The notes under the pieces: generated by a model
What the model saw: only the letters and a program-made list of their open reading frames with translations
Told to the model about the DNA's origin: nothing
Databases searched by the model: none
Part shown: in pieces, positions 39,112 through 47,387 of the stretch
Layout of the letters: every line of letters starts with the position of its first letter
Numbering within the stretch: position 1 is the first letter of the stretch
Assembly (NCBI GenBank): GCA_016213645.1
Contig: JACQZY010000013.1
Coordinates: 193,081-257,080, forward strand
Length of the DNA: 64,000 nt
Direction: 5' to 3'
Origin: Actinomycetota bacterium
GTDB lineage: Bacteria > Actinomycetota > Thermoleophilia > Solirubrobacterales > JACPNS01
Position numbers and translations under genes: made by a program

Positions 39112-39915
39112 ATGGCCGAACGGGAACTGTTCGTAATCTGCCCGAACTGCGGTAGCGAGGCCAGTCCCTACGTGACCGAGTGCCCCTACTGCGGCAACCG
39201 CCTGCGCAAACGCGCTCCGGATCTGCGCAAGGTCAAGCGCGACACAGAGAAGGCCGAACGGCAAGCCGAGCGCGACGCGGAGAAGCGGCGCAAACGCACG
39301 CGGTCAATGTTGACCGGACGAAGCTTTGGCGGTGGCGCGGGCGTAGGCACGGAGCTGCCCGCGTACCTACGAGGCAGCGGAACTCCGATCGCGGTCACGG
39401 CCCTGATCTTGATCTCGGTGGCGGTCTCGCTGGCGACGCGCGTGGCGGGCTTTCCACTCAGGGATCTGATCTACGGCGACAATCTCGGTGCTCACTGGTG
39501 GCAGCTTTTCGCGGCGCCGTTTGTGCATCTTGGATTTGGCTACGGGTTTGTTTGCCTGCTGGCGGTGGCGATGTTCGGCGGCGGACTTGAGCGGCGCTTT
39601 GGTGCCGCCACCGTGTTTGCCGTGTGGCTGATCTGCGGAGCCGCCGGAGTGGCGATGGAGCACCTGGTCTCCCCCGCGCCGTTGACAAACGGAGCGATCG
39701 GAATCGCCGCCGGCATGATGGCCGCGTGGCTGACCGTCGTGCTAAAACGAGAGGACTTACGGGATTACGACCACCTCGGACTGGCTGCCGTAAGCGTGGT
39801 GCTGCTGGCGTTGCCACTGGCCACCGACGAGGCGAGCATTTGGACGATCGTGGGCGGCTTGGCGGCCGGGGCGCTGAGCGGATTCGCGCTGGCGCGGTTT
39901 CGCTCGGAGCGGTGA
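39112..39915 (+). CDS. Rhomboid-fold membrane protein with N-terminal zinc ribbon; catalytic residues absent (probable pseudoprotease)
   Basis: CPNCGSE...CPYCGN forms a zinc ribbon. The rhomboid core is WWQLFAAPFVHLGFGYGFVCLLAVAMFGGGLERRFG...CGAAGVA...NGAIGIAAG. Gly-Ala-Ala-Gly replaces GxSG, and Ile replaces the TM6 His. Confidence 0.75.
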   Translation: MAERELFVICPNCGSEASPYVTECPYCGNRLRKRAPDLRKVKRDTEKAERQAERDAEKRRKRTRSMLTGRSFGGGAGVGTELPAYLRGSGTPIAVTALILISVAVSLATRVAGFPLRDLIYGDNLGAHWWQLFAAPFVHLGFGYGFVCLLAVAMFGGGLERRFGAATVFAVWLICGAAGVAMEHLVSPAPLTNGAIGIAAGMMAAWLTVVLKREDLRDYDHLGLAAVSVVLLALPLATDEASIWTIVGGLAAGALSGFALARFRSER

Positions 39916-39916
39916 T

Positions 39917-40342
39917 TCAGAGAATCTGTGCCTGAGCGAACCCGGCCAGCAGCACGCTGAAGCCGCCAATCTCACCGACCACGAGCAGCCAGAAGAACGC
40001 GTGCGTGCCCGGCATCGGGTGCGCAAGCTGGTTTGTTGTGTCGCGCAAGGCGCCGTGGACGATATAGCTGACGATCGCGCTGACGAAGAAGAAGATCGGC
40101 ACAAACGCGGCGATCAGATTGACCGCAGTGCTGAATTCGCTGAACTGCACGAAGACGGCGAGCATCATCGTGGCGAAGCTGTACATCAGCGCGGCACGAT
40201 GGGCGATGTCCACGTAGGGGTGGGCGAGGTGTTTTTCGCTGGTGACCATCTGGCGGTATTTCCACACGCCGAGGATCAGCGCGAGCAGAAAGATCAAACC
40301 GGCGGCGAGCAGTACGGCGTCGGTGGCGGGATCGGTTTGCAT
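39917..40342 (-). CDS. Integral membrane protein (4 predicted TM), hypothetical
   Basis: Four hydrophobic stretches are visible: LLAAGLIFLLALILGVW, ALMYSFATMMLAVFV, LIAAFVPIFFFVSAIVSYIV and FFWLLVVGEIGGFSVLLAGF. No family recognised. Confidence 0.6.
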   Translation of the reverse strand: MQTDPATDAVLLAAGLIFLLALILGVWKYRQMVTSEKHLAHPYVDIAHRAALMYSFATMMLAVFVQFSEFSTAVNLIAAFVPIFFFVSAIVSYIVHGALRDTTNQLAHPMPGTHAFFWLLVVGEIGGFSVLLAGFAQAQIL

Positions 40343-40360
40343 TCGTGGCGGTGCGCGGGC

Positions 40361-40984
40361 CTAGAAGTCGAAGTCTCGCGGCGACCGCTCTTCGAACCAC
40401 AGCCGATCGTATTCAGGCGTTTCTTCGAAGAATTCGGGCGTCTGCTCGAGCACGTCGGGCGCCTTGGGGGCGACGGATTCTTGTGACGATTCCGTCGTCG
40501 TCGCGTCTTCGGTCTGATCGGCGCCGAATTCGAACTCGAATGTGCCGGTGACTTCGCCGGGGCCGGGTTGCTTTGGCGGCAACGGGTCGACGGCGGCAGT
40601 CGGCGCGGCGTCGGCTTCAGCAAGTGTTAAGTCGTCCTCTGGCTCGACGTGCGGAATCTCTGGTTCGGGCGGCAGCGGAGCGCGAGCTTCCGTCTGCCGG
40701 GGGGTGACTTGCGTTTGCGCCTCGGGCGGCGGCTCAGCCTCGCTCGCCGGTGGCCGCTCCGCGGCCGGCTCGCGCGCCGGAGGAGGAGCCGCCGGTGTGT
40801 TCGGATCTGCCGACGGATCGAGATCACGGCGCGGCGGCGCGAGCGCGGACTCGCGTTCGCGCTCGACGTCTGCTTCGCTCGCGCCGTGCTCTTTCTTCAG
40901 CGCCAAATGGGCGTTGATCGCGTCGGCGAGCGTGCCGCCCGGCTCGTCCGGAACGGCGTCTGAGGCTTTCTCACGTCGGGCCAT
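40361..40984 (-). CDS. Acidic, proline-rich hypothetical protein
   Basis: A 207-aa low-complexity Pro/Glu/Ala-rich product ending in a conserved-looking TPEYDRLWFEERSPRDFDF. The frame is consistent with the neighbouring gene, but the function is unknown. Confidence 0.5.
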   Translation of the reverse strand: MARREKASDAVPDEPGGTLADAINAHLALKKEHGASEADVERERESALAPPRRDLDPSADPNTPAAPPPAREPAAERPPASEAEPPPEAQTQVTPRQTEARAPLPPEPEIPHVEPEDDLTLAEADAAPTAAVDPLPPKQPGPGEVTGTFEFEFGADQTEDATTTESSQESVAPKAPDVLEQTPEFFEETPEYDRLWFEERSPRDFDF

Positions 40985-41078
40985 GACTTGCGATCATCAT
41001 AAGCACAGCGGCGGAACCGCAAACCACCACTAGAATATTCATTCGCCTTTGCGGCCTGCGGCCGCGAACGGCAGTCGC

Positions 41079-41151
41079 GGGGCTATAGCTCAGTTGGTAG
41101 AGCGTCCGGTTCGCAATCGGAAGGTCGCCGGTTCGAATCCGGCTAGCTCCA
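41079..41151 (+). tRNA. tRNA-Ala (anticodon CGC)
   Basis: The acceptor stem GGGGCTA/TAGCTCC has the G3:U70 alanine identity pair. The D arm is GCTCAGTTGGTAGAGC, the anticodon loop is TTCGCAA and the T arm is GCCGGTTCGAATCCGGC. CCA is not encoded. Confidence 0.95.
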
Positions 41152-41331
41152 TGAGGCTCTGATCGGCACGATCTTCGCCATGCTCGGGCTTGGTGGATCG
41201 GTCACGATCGAAGGATCGCTCCCTCACCACCGGCGCCCTGCGCGTGACGAATCTCGCACCGCTCAGAGCCTCATGGTTCGAACTTGCGCCGTCTAAGCCC
41301 ATGAGGCTCTGATCGGCACGATCTTCGCCAT
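41149..41331 (+). repeat. Perfect 33-bp direct repeat pair plus an internal inverted copy, abutting the tRNA-Ala 3' end
   Basis: CCATGAGGCTCTGATCGGCACGATCTTCGCCAT occurs at 41149-41181 and again at 41299-41331. TCAGAGCCTCATGG at 41263-41276 is the reverse complement of the first 14 nt, so it can form a 14-bp stem with 41299-41312 around a 22-nt loop. Confidence 0.85.
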
Positions 41332-41387
41332 TCCGGGTTCATCTTCGGAATACCGGCTCCATACATGCATTTCTTAGCGATCTTCCG

Positions 41388-41403
41388 ATATTCCTCGGAA
41401 TAT
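41388..41403. promoter_or_regulatory. Palindromic candidate operator ATATTCC-TC-GGAATAT overlapping a TATAGT -10 element upstream of dsrE
   Basis: A perfect 7-2-7 inverted repeat lies at 41388-41403 and overlaps TATAGT at 41401-41406. The dsrE ATG is at 41418. A related half-site TTCGGAATA lies at 41344-41352. An ArsR-family regulator is encoded in the operon. Confidence 0.4.
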
Positions 41404-41417
41404 AGTAAGATGAGCGT

Positions 41418-41774
41418 ATGTCACAGAAACTCCTCTTCATACTCAACGATCCACCCTATGGAACCGAGCGTTCCTACAACGGTCTTCGACTTGCGCGCGC
41501 TTTGATCAAGCAGGAGAACGTCGAGCTCAAGATGTTTCTCTTTGGCGACGCTTCTGGTTGCGCGATCCCTGGTCAGAAAACGCCGGACGGCTACTACAAC
41601 ATCGAGCGCATGCTCCGCTCCGTCACGCAGAAGGGCGCGGAGGTCGGCGTGTGCGGCGCGTGTCTTGACGCCCGGGGACTTGCCGACGGGCCGCTGGTCG
41701 ACGGCGCGGCGCGTTCGAACCTTGACGCTTTGACCGAGTGGTCCCTGTGGGCCGACAAGGTTTTTGTGTTCTGA
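41418..41774 (+). CDS. DsrE/DsrF(TusD)-family sulfur-relay protein
   Basis: LLFILNDPPYGTERSYNGLRLA and VGVCGACLDARG (the conserved active-site Cys region) match the family, and the 118-aa length is typical. Confidence 0.85.
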   Translation: MSQKLLFILNDPPYGTERSYNGLRLARALIKQENVELKMFLFGDASGCAIPGQKTPDGYYNIERMLRSVTQKGAEVGVCGACLDARGLADGPLVDGAARSNLDALTEWSLWADKVFVF

Positions 41775-41781
41775 GGCAACG

Positions 41782-42471
41782 ATGGAATCGATCGAACTGG
41801 ACATCGAGATCGCAAAGCTTGGACACGCCTTTGCGAATCCGCTGCGAGTTCGAATTCTCGAACTGCTGACGCAGCGCGAAAAAAGTGTCGATGAGATCCG
41901 CAAAGCGCTTTCGTCGCCCGTGACGTCGGTCTCCTCGCAACTCAAGATCCTGCGACAAGCGCGACTGGTCGACACCCGTCGGGAGGGACAGCGCATCTAC
42001 TACCGGTTGGCCGAAGAGGCGGTGGTATCCACGCTGATCTCGTTGCGGAACTTGGCCGAAGCTCGCAGCCTGGAGGCGCAGAGTCTTGTCCGAGACTTCC
42101 TTGCCGAGACAAACGACCTGGAGCTGATCGACAGCGATCGGCTGTTCTCGCGAATGCGAGCCGATGAAGTGATCTTGATCGACGTTCGGCCGAGCGCGGA
42201 GTTTGAAGCCGGGCACATTCCCGGTGCGATCTCGCTGCCGCTGGAGGAGCTGACCGACCGCATCGACCAGCTGCCGCGCGGCGCGCGCGTCGTCGCGTAT
42301 TGCCGCGACGCGTACTGCGTGTTGGCTCCCAGCGCGGTGCGGGCGCTGAAGCGATTCGGTTTGGCTACCGAGCGGCTTGACATCGGCTTCGCTGAGTGGA
42401 TGGCCGAGGGCGGGCCCGTAGAGCACACCGCTGAGCACACGACCAACGCAACAGAAGGGAAAGCATCATGA
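41782..42471 (+). CDS. ArsR/SmtB-family HTH regulator fused to a rhodanese domain
   Basis: The ArsR wHTH is FANPLRVRILELL...SVDEIRKAL...SSQLKILRQARLV...REGQRIYYRL. The rhodanese part is LIDVRPSAEFEAGHIPGAISLP...VVAYCRDAYC. The only Cys residues are in the rhodanese loop. ATG 41782 was chosen. Confidence 0.85.
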   Translation: MESIELDIEIAKLGHAFANPLRVRILELLTQREKSVDEIRKALSSPVTSVSSQLKILRQARLVDTRREGQRIYYRLAEEAVVSTLISLRNLAEARSLEAQSLVRDFLAETNDLELIDSDRLFSRMRADEVILIDVRPSAEFEAGHIPGAISLPLEELTDRIDQLPRGARVVAYCRDAYCVLAPSAVRALKRFGLATERLDIGFAEWMAEGGPVEHTAEHTTNATEGKAS

Positions 42472-43595
42472 AAGTCGTGGTGATCGGAGCCGGAATCGGC
42501 GGCGTGGCTCTCGCCAAACGGCTGACTCGGTTCTCGACGGATATTCAGGTCACCGTGATCGAGCCGAACGTGTCCCACGACTTCGCCCCGTCGTTTCTGT
42601 GGCTGCTCGACGGCTCGCGTAGCGCCGCACAGATTTCGCGGCCCACAGCGACGATCGCCGAGTGGGGCGTTGAGCTGATCTCGGAGCGCGTGACCGCAGT
42701 TGACACCGAGGCTCGAATGGTGACGACCACCGGCCCCACTGTCGGATATGACGAACTGGTTGTCGCGCCGGGCGCGGAAATGACGTTCGAAACCATTCCT
42801 GGTCTGGACAGCGCGTCGTCGTTCTACAGCAAGAACGCGGCGGCCGGACTGAGTGAAAAGTTGCTTGGCTTTGAGGGCGGCGACGTGGCGATCGTGGTTC
42901 CGTCGATGCCGTACAAGTGCCCGGCGGCGCCGTATGAGTCAGCGTTTCTGATCGACCACTTTTTACGCAAGCGCGGTGTGGATGCGCGCGTGCGTATCCA
43001 CACGATCGAGCCGCAGCCGATGCCGGTCGCGGGACCGGTCGTCGGCGGCCGCGTTGCTTCGATGCTCAAACAGCGGGGTATCGGATTTCACCCGAACCAA
43101 AAGCTGGTGGAGGTTGACGCCGCGGCCGGAACATTGCGGTTCGAAGGTTCCGACGATCGTTTTGACCTGCTGATCGCGATCCCGGCTCACCGTCCGCCCG
43201 CGTTCGTCCGTGATTCAAGCCTGGCCGGTCCCAGCGGTTGGATACCCGTCGACAGCCGTTCGCTGCGCGCTGCCGACGGCGTGCACGCGATCGGCGACGT
43301 GACCGCGATTCAGCTGGCGAACGGCAAGCCATTGCCGAAGGCCGGAGTCTTTGCGCACGAACAGGCCCATGTGGTCGCGGGCAATTTGATCGCCACGGCC
43401 AAAGGCGCAGAACCCCGGGCCAGGTTCGCAGGGCACGGCTCTTGCTTCCTGGAGACCGGCTCGGGCAAGGCGGGAATTGCCAAGGGCGACTTCTACGCCG
43501 AACCAGACCCGCGCGTGAAGATGTTCCCGCCGTCGCGGCTGGGGCACTTCGGCAAGGTCTTGTTTGAACGCCGGTGGTTGAAGCAGTTCGGCTGA
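42468..43595 (+). CDS. Sulfide:quinone oxidoreductase-like FAD-dependent pyridine nucleotide-disulfide oxidoreductase
   Basis: The Rossmann motif is MKVVVIGAGIGGVA. PYKCPAAPYE carries the conserved Cys, and VHAIGDV and GHGSCFLETG (second Cys) are present. The ATGA overlap with the upstream regulator gene suggests an operon. Confidence 0.8.
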   Translation: MKVVVIGAGIGGVALAKRLTRFSTDIQVTVIEPNVSHDFAPSFLWLLDGSRSAAQISRPTATIAEWGVELISERVTAVDTEARMVTTTGPTVGYDELVVAPGAEMTFETIPGLDSASSFYSKNAAAGLSEKLLGFEGGDVAIVVPSMPYKCPAAPYESAFLIDHFLRKRGVDARVRIHTIEPQPMPVAGPVVGGRVASMLKQRGIGFHPNQKLVEVDAAAGTLRFEGSDDRFDLLIAIPAHRPPAFVRDSSLAGPSGWIPVDSRSLRAADGVHAIGDVTAIQLANGKPLPKAGVFAHEQAHVVAGNLIATAKGAEPRARFAGHGSCFLETGSGKAGIAKGDFYAEPDPRVKMFPPSRLGHFGKVLFERRWLKQFG

Positions 43596-43753
43596 GCGAC
43601 AAGCGCCGTCGCCCGGGGCCCGGGGCTCCAACACCCGTCCACACGTTCTCAGCAATTCTCGGTAGGGTGTCCTGGTCACACACCGCCGCCGCTCGCGCCG
43701 GCGCGCGGTCTCCGCAATCTCACGACGTCTCATCCATATAGGGGGAACCGACG

Positions 43754-44218
43754 ATGACTCGACGACTGATTCTGCTTGCCTGCGTGGCGGGCTTGATCGC
43801 GGCGTTGCCGGCGACGGCATCTGCCGCGCCGACGGTGCCGATGAAGTGCTCAGTGAAGGGGCAGTTGCTGCCTTCGACCAGCATCATCGAACGCGGCAAC
43901 ATCAACTACGCATGCACCAGTACTTACCTGGGCACGACGCCCGCGAACTGCGCCGGCACGATCGCCGGTACCGCCACGAGCGGCACCTGCACGCGCGGCA
44001 TGCTGACCGTGGTGAGCTGCCAGTTCAAGGGCAGTTTCAACCGCTCCACGGCCACCGACACACGCGGCTGGAAGGGCGCGCTGAAGCTCGCCTGCGGCCT
44101 GCCGGGCATGCCGCCTCCGCGGGTGGACTGCGCCGGTGACGGCGGCGGACTGATCTCGTCAACAGGCGCGATCAGCGGAACAATCTACGGCTACTGCGAG
44201 CTTCCGGGAACGGAGTAG
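43754..44218 (+). CDS. Secreted cysteine-rich hypothetical protein
   Basis: The signal peptide is MTRRLILLACVAGLIAALPATASA. The mature part has 8 Cys and Gly/Thr-rich stretches. AGGGGGA lies upstream. No family recognised. Confidence 0.6.
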   Translation: MTRRLILLACVAGLIAALPATASAAPTVPMKCSVKGQLLPSTSIIERGNINYACTSTYLGTTPANCAGTIAGTATSGTCTRGMLTVVSCQFKGSFNRSTATDTRGWKGALKLACGLPGMPPPRVDCAGDGGGLISSTGAISGTIYGYCELPGTE

Positions 44219-44240
44219 CTGAGCGCCACGGACGCCGCGG

Positions 44241-44984
44241 TCAGGGGCCTTCGGGACCCCAGCTGCGGCGTCCGTCTCCTTCGATCGGGATCGGTGGGCC
44301 GGGCATCACGCTCGCGCCGGTTTCGGCTTGGCCAAATGCCTTGACCCGCGCGGGGATCTCGCGCAGCGTGCTTTGCAGGCCCTTGTTGCCATAAGCGTGC
44401 AGGTCGGCGGAGAACCCGTGCGCCTCAAGCCCGGCGGAATCCGCCAGGTACAGGGCGCGGGTGAGATGGAACTGCTGGGTTACGACGATCGCGCTTTTCA
44501 CGCCAAAGATCGTGCGCGCGCGCTTCATCGTCGCCCAGGTGTTGAAGCCGGCGTGGTCGGTGAAAATCGCGCCGGCGGGAACGCCCATCTGTTGCAGCGC
44601 GCGGCGCATCGTGCCGGGCTCGTCGTAAGCCCATGTGCCATGGTCACCAGAGACGATCACGCGATCGACCTTGCCGGCCAGATACAGCTGTGCTCCGACG
44701 CGCACTCGATCGGCGAGCATCTGGCTCATTTTGCCGTCGGTGTGAACCAGCGCTCCGGGAACGATCGCGGCCTGCGCGTGCGGGGCGGCGCTGACAGACG
44801 CCACGGTCTGGCCGCTTGCCGTGAGCGCCACGTAGATGTTGATCGCGGCGATTGCGACGGTGCCGGTAATTGCCGCGATGATCGCTGCGAGCACAAACCG
44901 TTTGACCAGTCGCTTACGGCGGCCTGGGTGGGCGGGTCGGCGAGCCAGGCGAAGTGGAAGCTGTAGGGCGGCGGCGTTTTGCAT
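44241..44984 (-). CDS. SanA/YdcF (DUF218) family envelope protein
   Basis: An N-terminal TM (FVLAAIIAAITGTVAIAAINIYV) is followed by VIVSGDHG...YDEP..M, FTDHAGFNTW and VTQQFHLTRALY, as in SanA-like proteins. Confidence 0.7.
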   Translation of the reverse strand: MQNAAALQLPLRLARRPAHPGRRKRLVKRFVLAAIIAAITGTVAIAAINIYVALTASGQTVASVSAAPHAQAAIVPGALVHTDGKMSQMLADRVRVGAQLYLAGKVDRVIVSGDHGTWAYDEPGTMRRALQQMGVPAGAIFTDHAGFNTWATMKRARTIFGVKSAIVVTQQFHLTRALYLADSAGLEAHGFSADLHAYGNKGLQSTLREIPARVKAFGQAETGASVMPGPPIPIEGDGRRSWGPEGP

Positions 44985-45082
44985 GCACTCAGACTAACCG
45001 CGTGCGGCGGCCACGACCACCGGCAACAGCCAACTTGAATTCCTCCCACGTCTGAAGTCGTGGGCGTGCGGCGCGGGTTTGG

Positions 45083-47284
45083 TCAGATCCCGACGACCAC
45101 GTTGCTCACCCGTGTGCCCGCCTTGCCGTCGCGCTTGACCGACATCAGCGCGTCGTCCGCGGCGCCCATCAGTTCGTCGAGCGTCTTGCCGTGCAAAGGG
45201 TGCAGCGAAAAGCCCGCACTTGCGGTGACGTGTACGCCGGTTTCCTGAGCCGCCGGTCGTGACGCAATCGCAATCGCCGTCACAAAACGCTCCGCGAGCT
45301 TGCGCGCGCCATCAACGCCGGTGCCGGGAAGCACCGCGGCGAACTCGTCGCCTCCGACGCGCGCCACGCAGTCGGTCGGACGCGCCGCCACCGCAAGCGC
45401 CCGGCCGATTTCCTGTAGCAACTCGTCGCCGCCGCGATGGCCGATCGCGGTGTTGATATCTCTGAAGTTGTCGAGGTCGATCATCACCAGCGCCAGTTGC
45501 TTCTCTTTGTCGGTAGTCACCGCCGCAAGCTCCTGCTCGACACGTTCGGCGAAAGCACGACGGTTGGGCAGGCCGGTCAGCGGGTCCGTGTGGGCCAGCT
45601 CAAGCGAGTTGACGCGGATGCCCAGCAGCACGGTCGTGTTGATCGCCAGCGCAACAACCACCAGAATCGTGGTCGTGGTCGCCGCGTACAGCGTCGCGGC
45701 CTCAACCTCCCATCCGGCAGCGTTGAACGCCGGGTCGTAGAACACCGGCGAGATCAGCACCAGCAGCGGACCAAGCAATCGCCAACCGGCCGACCGCACG
45801 TTCCAAAACCACGCTTGGTAGACGGCGAACAGAATGACCAGCGGAATTGCCGGGCTTGAGGCGTCGCCAGTGGCGTCCATCAACAATGCAAGACCGGTCA
45901 ATCCGGCCACGTCGATCATGCGGTGAATGAACCCGCGATGCTTCGCCCCGATCAGGAAGATCGCCATTCCGCAAAGAATCGCCGCGGCGCACAGCCCCAC
46001 GGCGGCCTCGCGGCTGTGGATCGGCGCGTCCGGAACGTACACCGACGCCAAGATCAAAAGCGCCGTGCCGATTGTCATCGCGCCGGCGAATCGCGCGTAG
46101 AGCGGTCGCTTGCGCCAGAACCGTCGCCACGGCTTGATCGGCCTGAACTGCGAAGGCGCTTCGCGGCGGGCCTCGCGCCATTCCGAACGACCGGTCCCGT
46201 CGGATTCCGGCGACTGCTCCGAGCGGTCATGCGTGGACTTCTCCACATACATCGCATCGTCGGCCCGCGTGAGAACCTCCTCCAGCGTGTCGCCGTGACG
46301 CGGATACTCCGCGGCGCCGATGCTGGCATCCAATTCAACGCCCGGTAGATCAAGTTGCTGATTGGCGGCCACGACGACGCCCCGATAGAGCGCGGCCATT
46401 TCACGGCAGGCGTCGCCCGTCGCGTCCGGTACCAGCACGACGAATTCGTCGCCGCCGATCCTCGCGACGGTATGGCCACGCGGCGCGGCGCGACTCAACT
46501 GACGGGCCACGCTCGCAATCGCTTGATCGCCGCCGACGTGCCCAAACAACGTATTGGCGCGTTTGAAATTGTCGAGATCGATCAGCAGCAGCGCGAACTT
46601 ACGGCCTTCGCCGACGAGCGCGTCGAAGGCATCTCCCAAGGCCCGGCGATTCGCCAGACCGCTCAGCGGATCGCGGTACGCAAGCGAATGCATGCGTTCA
46701 AGCGCGCCGTCCACGTTGCGTTTCTGAATCCTCAACGCCAGCGCGAATGCCCAAATCACCGGTACGAAAGTGACAAGCCGTGACGCGTCCTGCCCGCCGG
46801 CACCGGGATAGTCGATAAATAGCGGCGACATCGCCGCCGCGCTCGTCAGCCCCGCGATCCAGACGATGCCACGAATCCGAAGGAAGTATCCGGCCCAGAT
46901 CACCGGCGCAAGCAGATTCATCTCGACCGACCAAAGCGCGGGCGTGATCGCCATCAGCGGCAGGTTCGCCAAAACGCCGAGTGACGTTGACGCGATCAAA
47001 AGGCGGTCCTGAGTCCGCTCGCCGAAGCGAGGCAGGAGAAGCAGCAGCGACGCCGCCATCAGGGCGGCGGGAATACCGAGCACAACGCGCCAGAAATTCA
47101 CGTCGTCGGGCGCGAGCACGGGGGAAAACGAAACGGCGATTACCGAGAATGACGTGGCCGCCCAAAGCATGAAAGCCGTAAAACGGCGCAACTCGCGATC
47201 CGTTCGCGGAGCGCGAGCAGACAGGCGGGCTAATAGCGCGGGTGGCGCTTCGCCGTCGTCGGCGGATTCGTAGGGAAAACCCAT
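45083..47284 (-). CDS. Membrane diguanylate cyclase with duplicated (multi-TM + GGDEF) x2 architecture
   Basis: There are two hydrophobic multi-TM blocks, each followed by a GGDEF domain: DPLSGLANRRA...RIGGDEF and DPLTGLPNRRAF...RVGGDEF. RPTD lies 5 aa before the second GGDEF, which is an RxxD I-site. Confidence 0.9.
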   Translation of the reverse strand: MGFPYESADDGEAPPALLARLSARAPRTDRELRRFTAFMLWAATSFSVIAVSFSPVLAPDDVNFWRVVLGIPAALMAASLLLLLPRFGERTQDRLLIASTSLGVLANLPLMAITPALWSVEMNLLAPVIWAGYFLRIRGIVWIAGLTSAAAMSPLFIDYPGAGGQDASRLVTFVPVIWAFALALRIQKRNVDGALERMHSLAYRDPLSGLANRRALGDAFDALVGEGRKFALLLIDLDNFKRANTLFGHVGGDQAIASVARQLSRAAPRGHTVARIGGDEFVVLVPDATGDACREMAALYRGVVVAANQQLDLPGVELDASIGAAEYPRHGDTLEEVLTRADDAMYVEKSTHDRSEQSPESDGTGRSEWREARREAPSQFRPIKPWRRFWRKRPLYARFAGAMTIGTALLILASVYVPDAPIHSREAAVGLCAAAILCGMAIFLIGAKHRGFIHRMIDVAGLTGLALLMDATGDASSPAIPLVILFAVYQAWFWNVRSAGWRLLGPLLVLISPVFYDPAFNAAGWEVEAATLYAATTTTILVVVALAINTTVLLGIRVNSLELAHTDPLTGLPNRRAFAERVEQELAAVTTDKEKQLALVMIDLDNFRDINTAIGHRGGDELLQEIGRALAVAARPTDCVARVGGDEFAAVLPGTGVDGARKLAERFVTAIAIASRPAAQETGVHVTASAGFSLHPLHGKTLDELMGAADDALMSVKRDGKAGTRVSNVVVGI

Positions 47285-47387
47285 TGGCGCTCACCTAAGA
47301 GATCGGTAGTGACAAGCCCGATGGCAAGGCTGATTCTCGCATCTGGACGTTTGATCGAAGCCGGTTCGGCCGGCGCTTGGCGTCCGC

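Noticed and set aside
41090-41302. A 70-aa minus-strand ORF covering tRNA-Ala and the repeat region.
   Set aside because: It overlaps a confidently folded tRNA gene on the opposite strand and the duplicated 33-mers. It has no ribosome-binding site and no recognisable protein features.
41079-44984. A genomic island integrated at tRNA-Ala (the tRNA followed by direct repeats and accessory-looking genes).
   Set aside because: There is no integrase, recombinase or transposase. The direct repeats are only 150 bp apart and contain just 3 nt of the tRNA. I saw no obvious compositional break further downstream. The repeat itself is reported separately.
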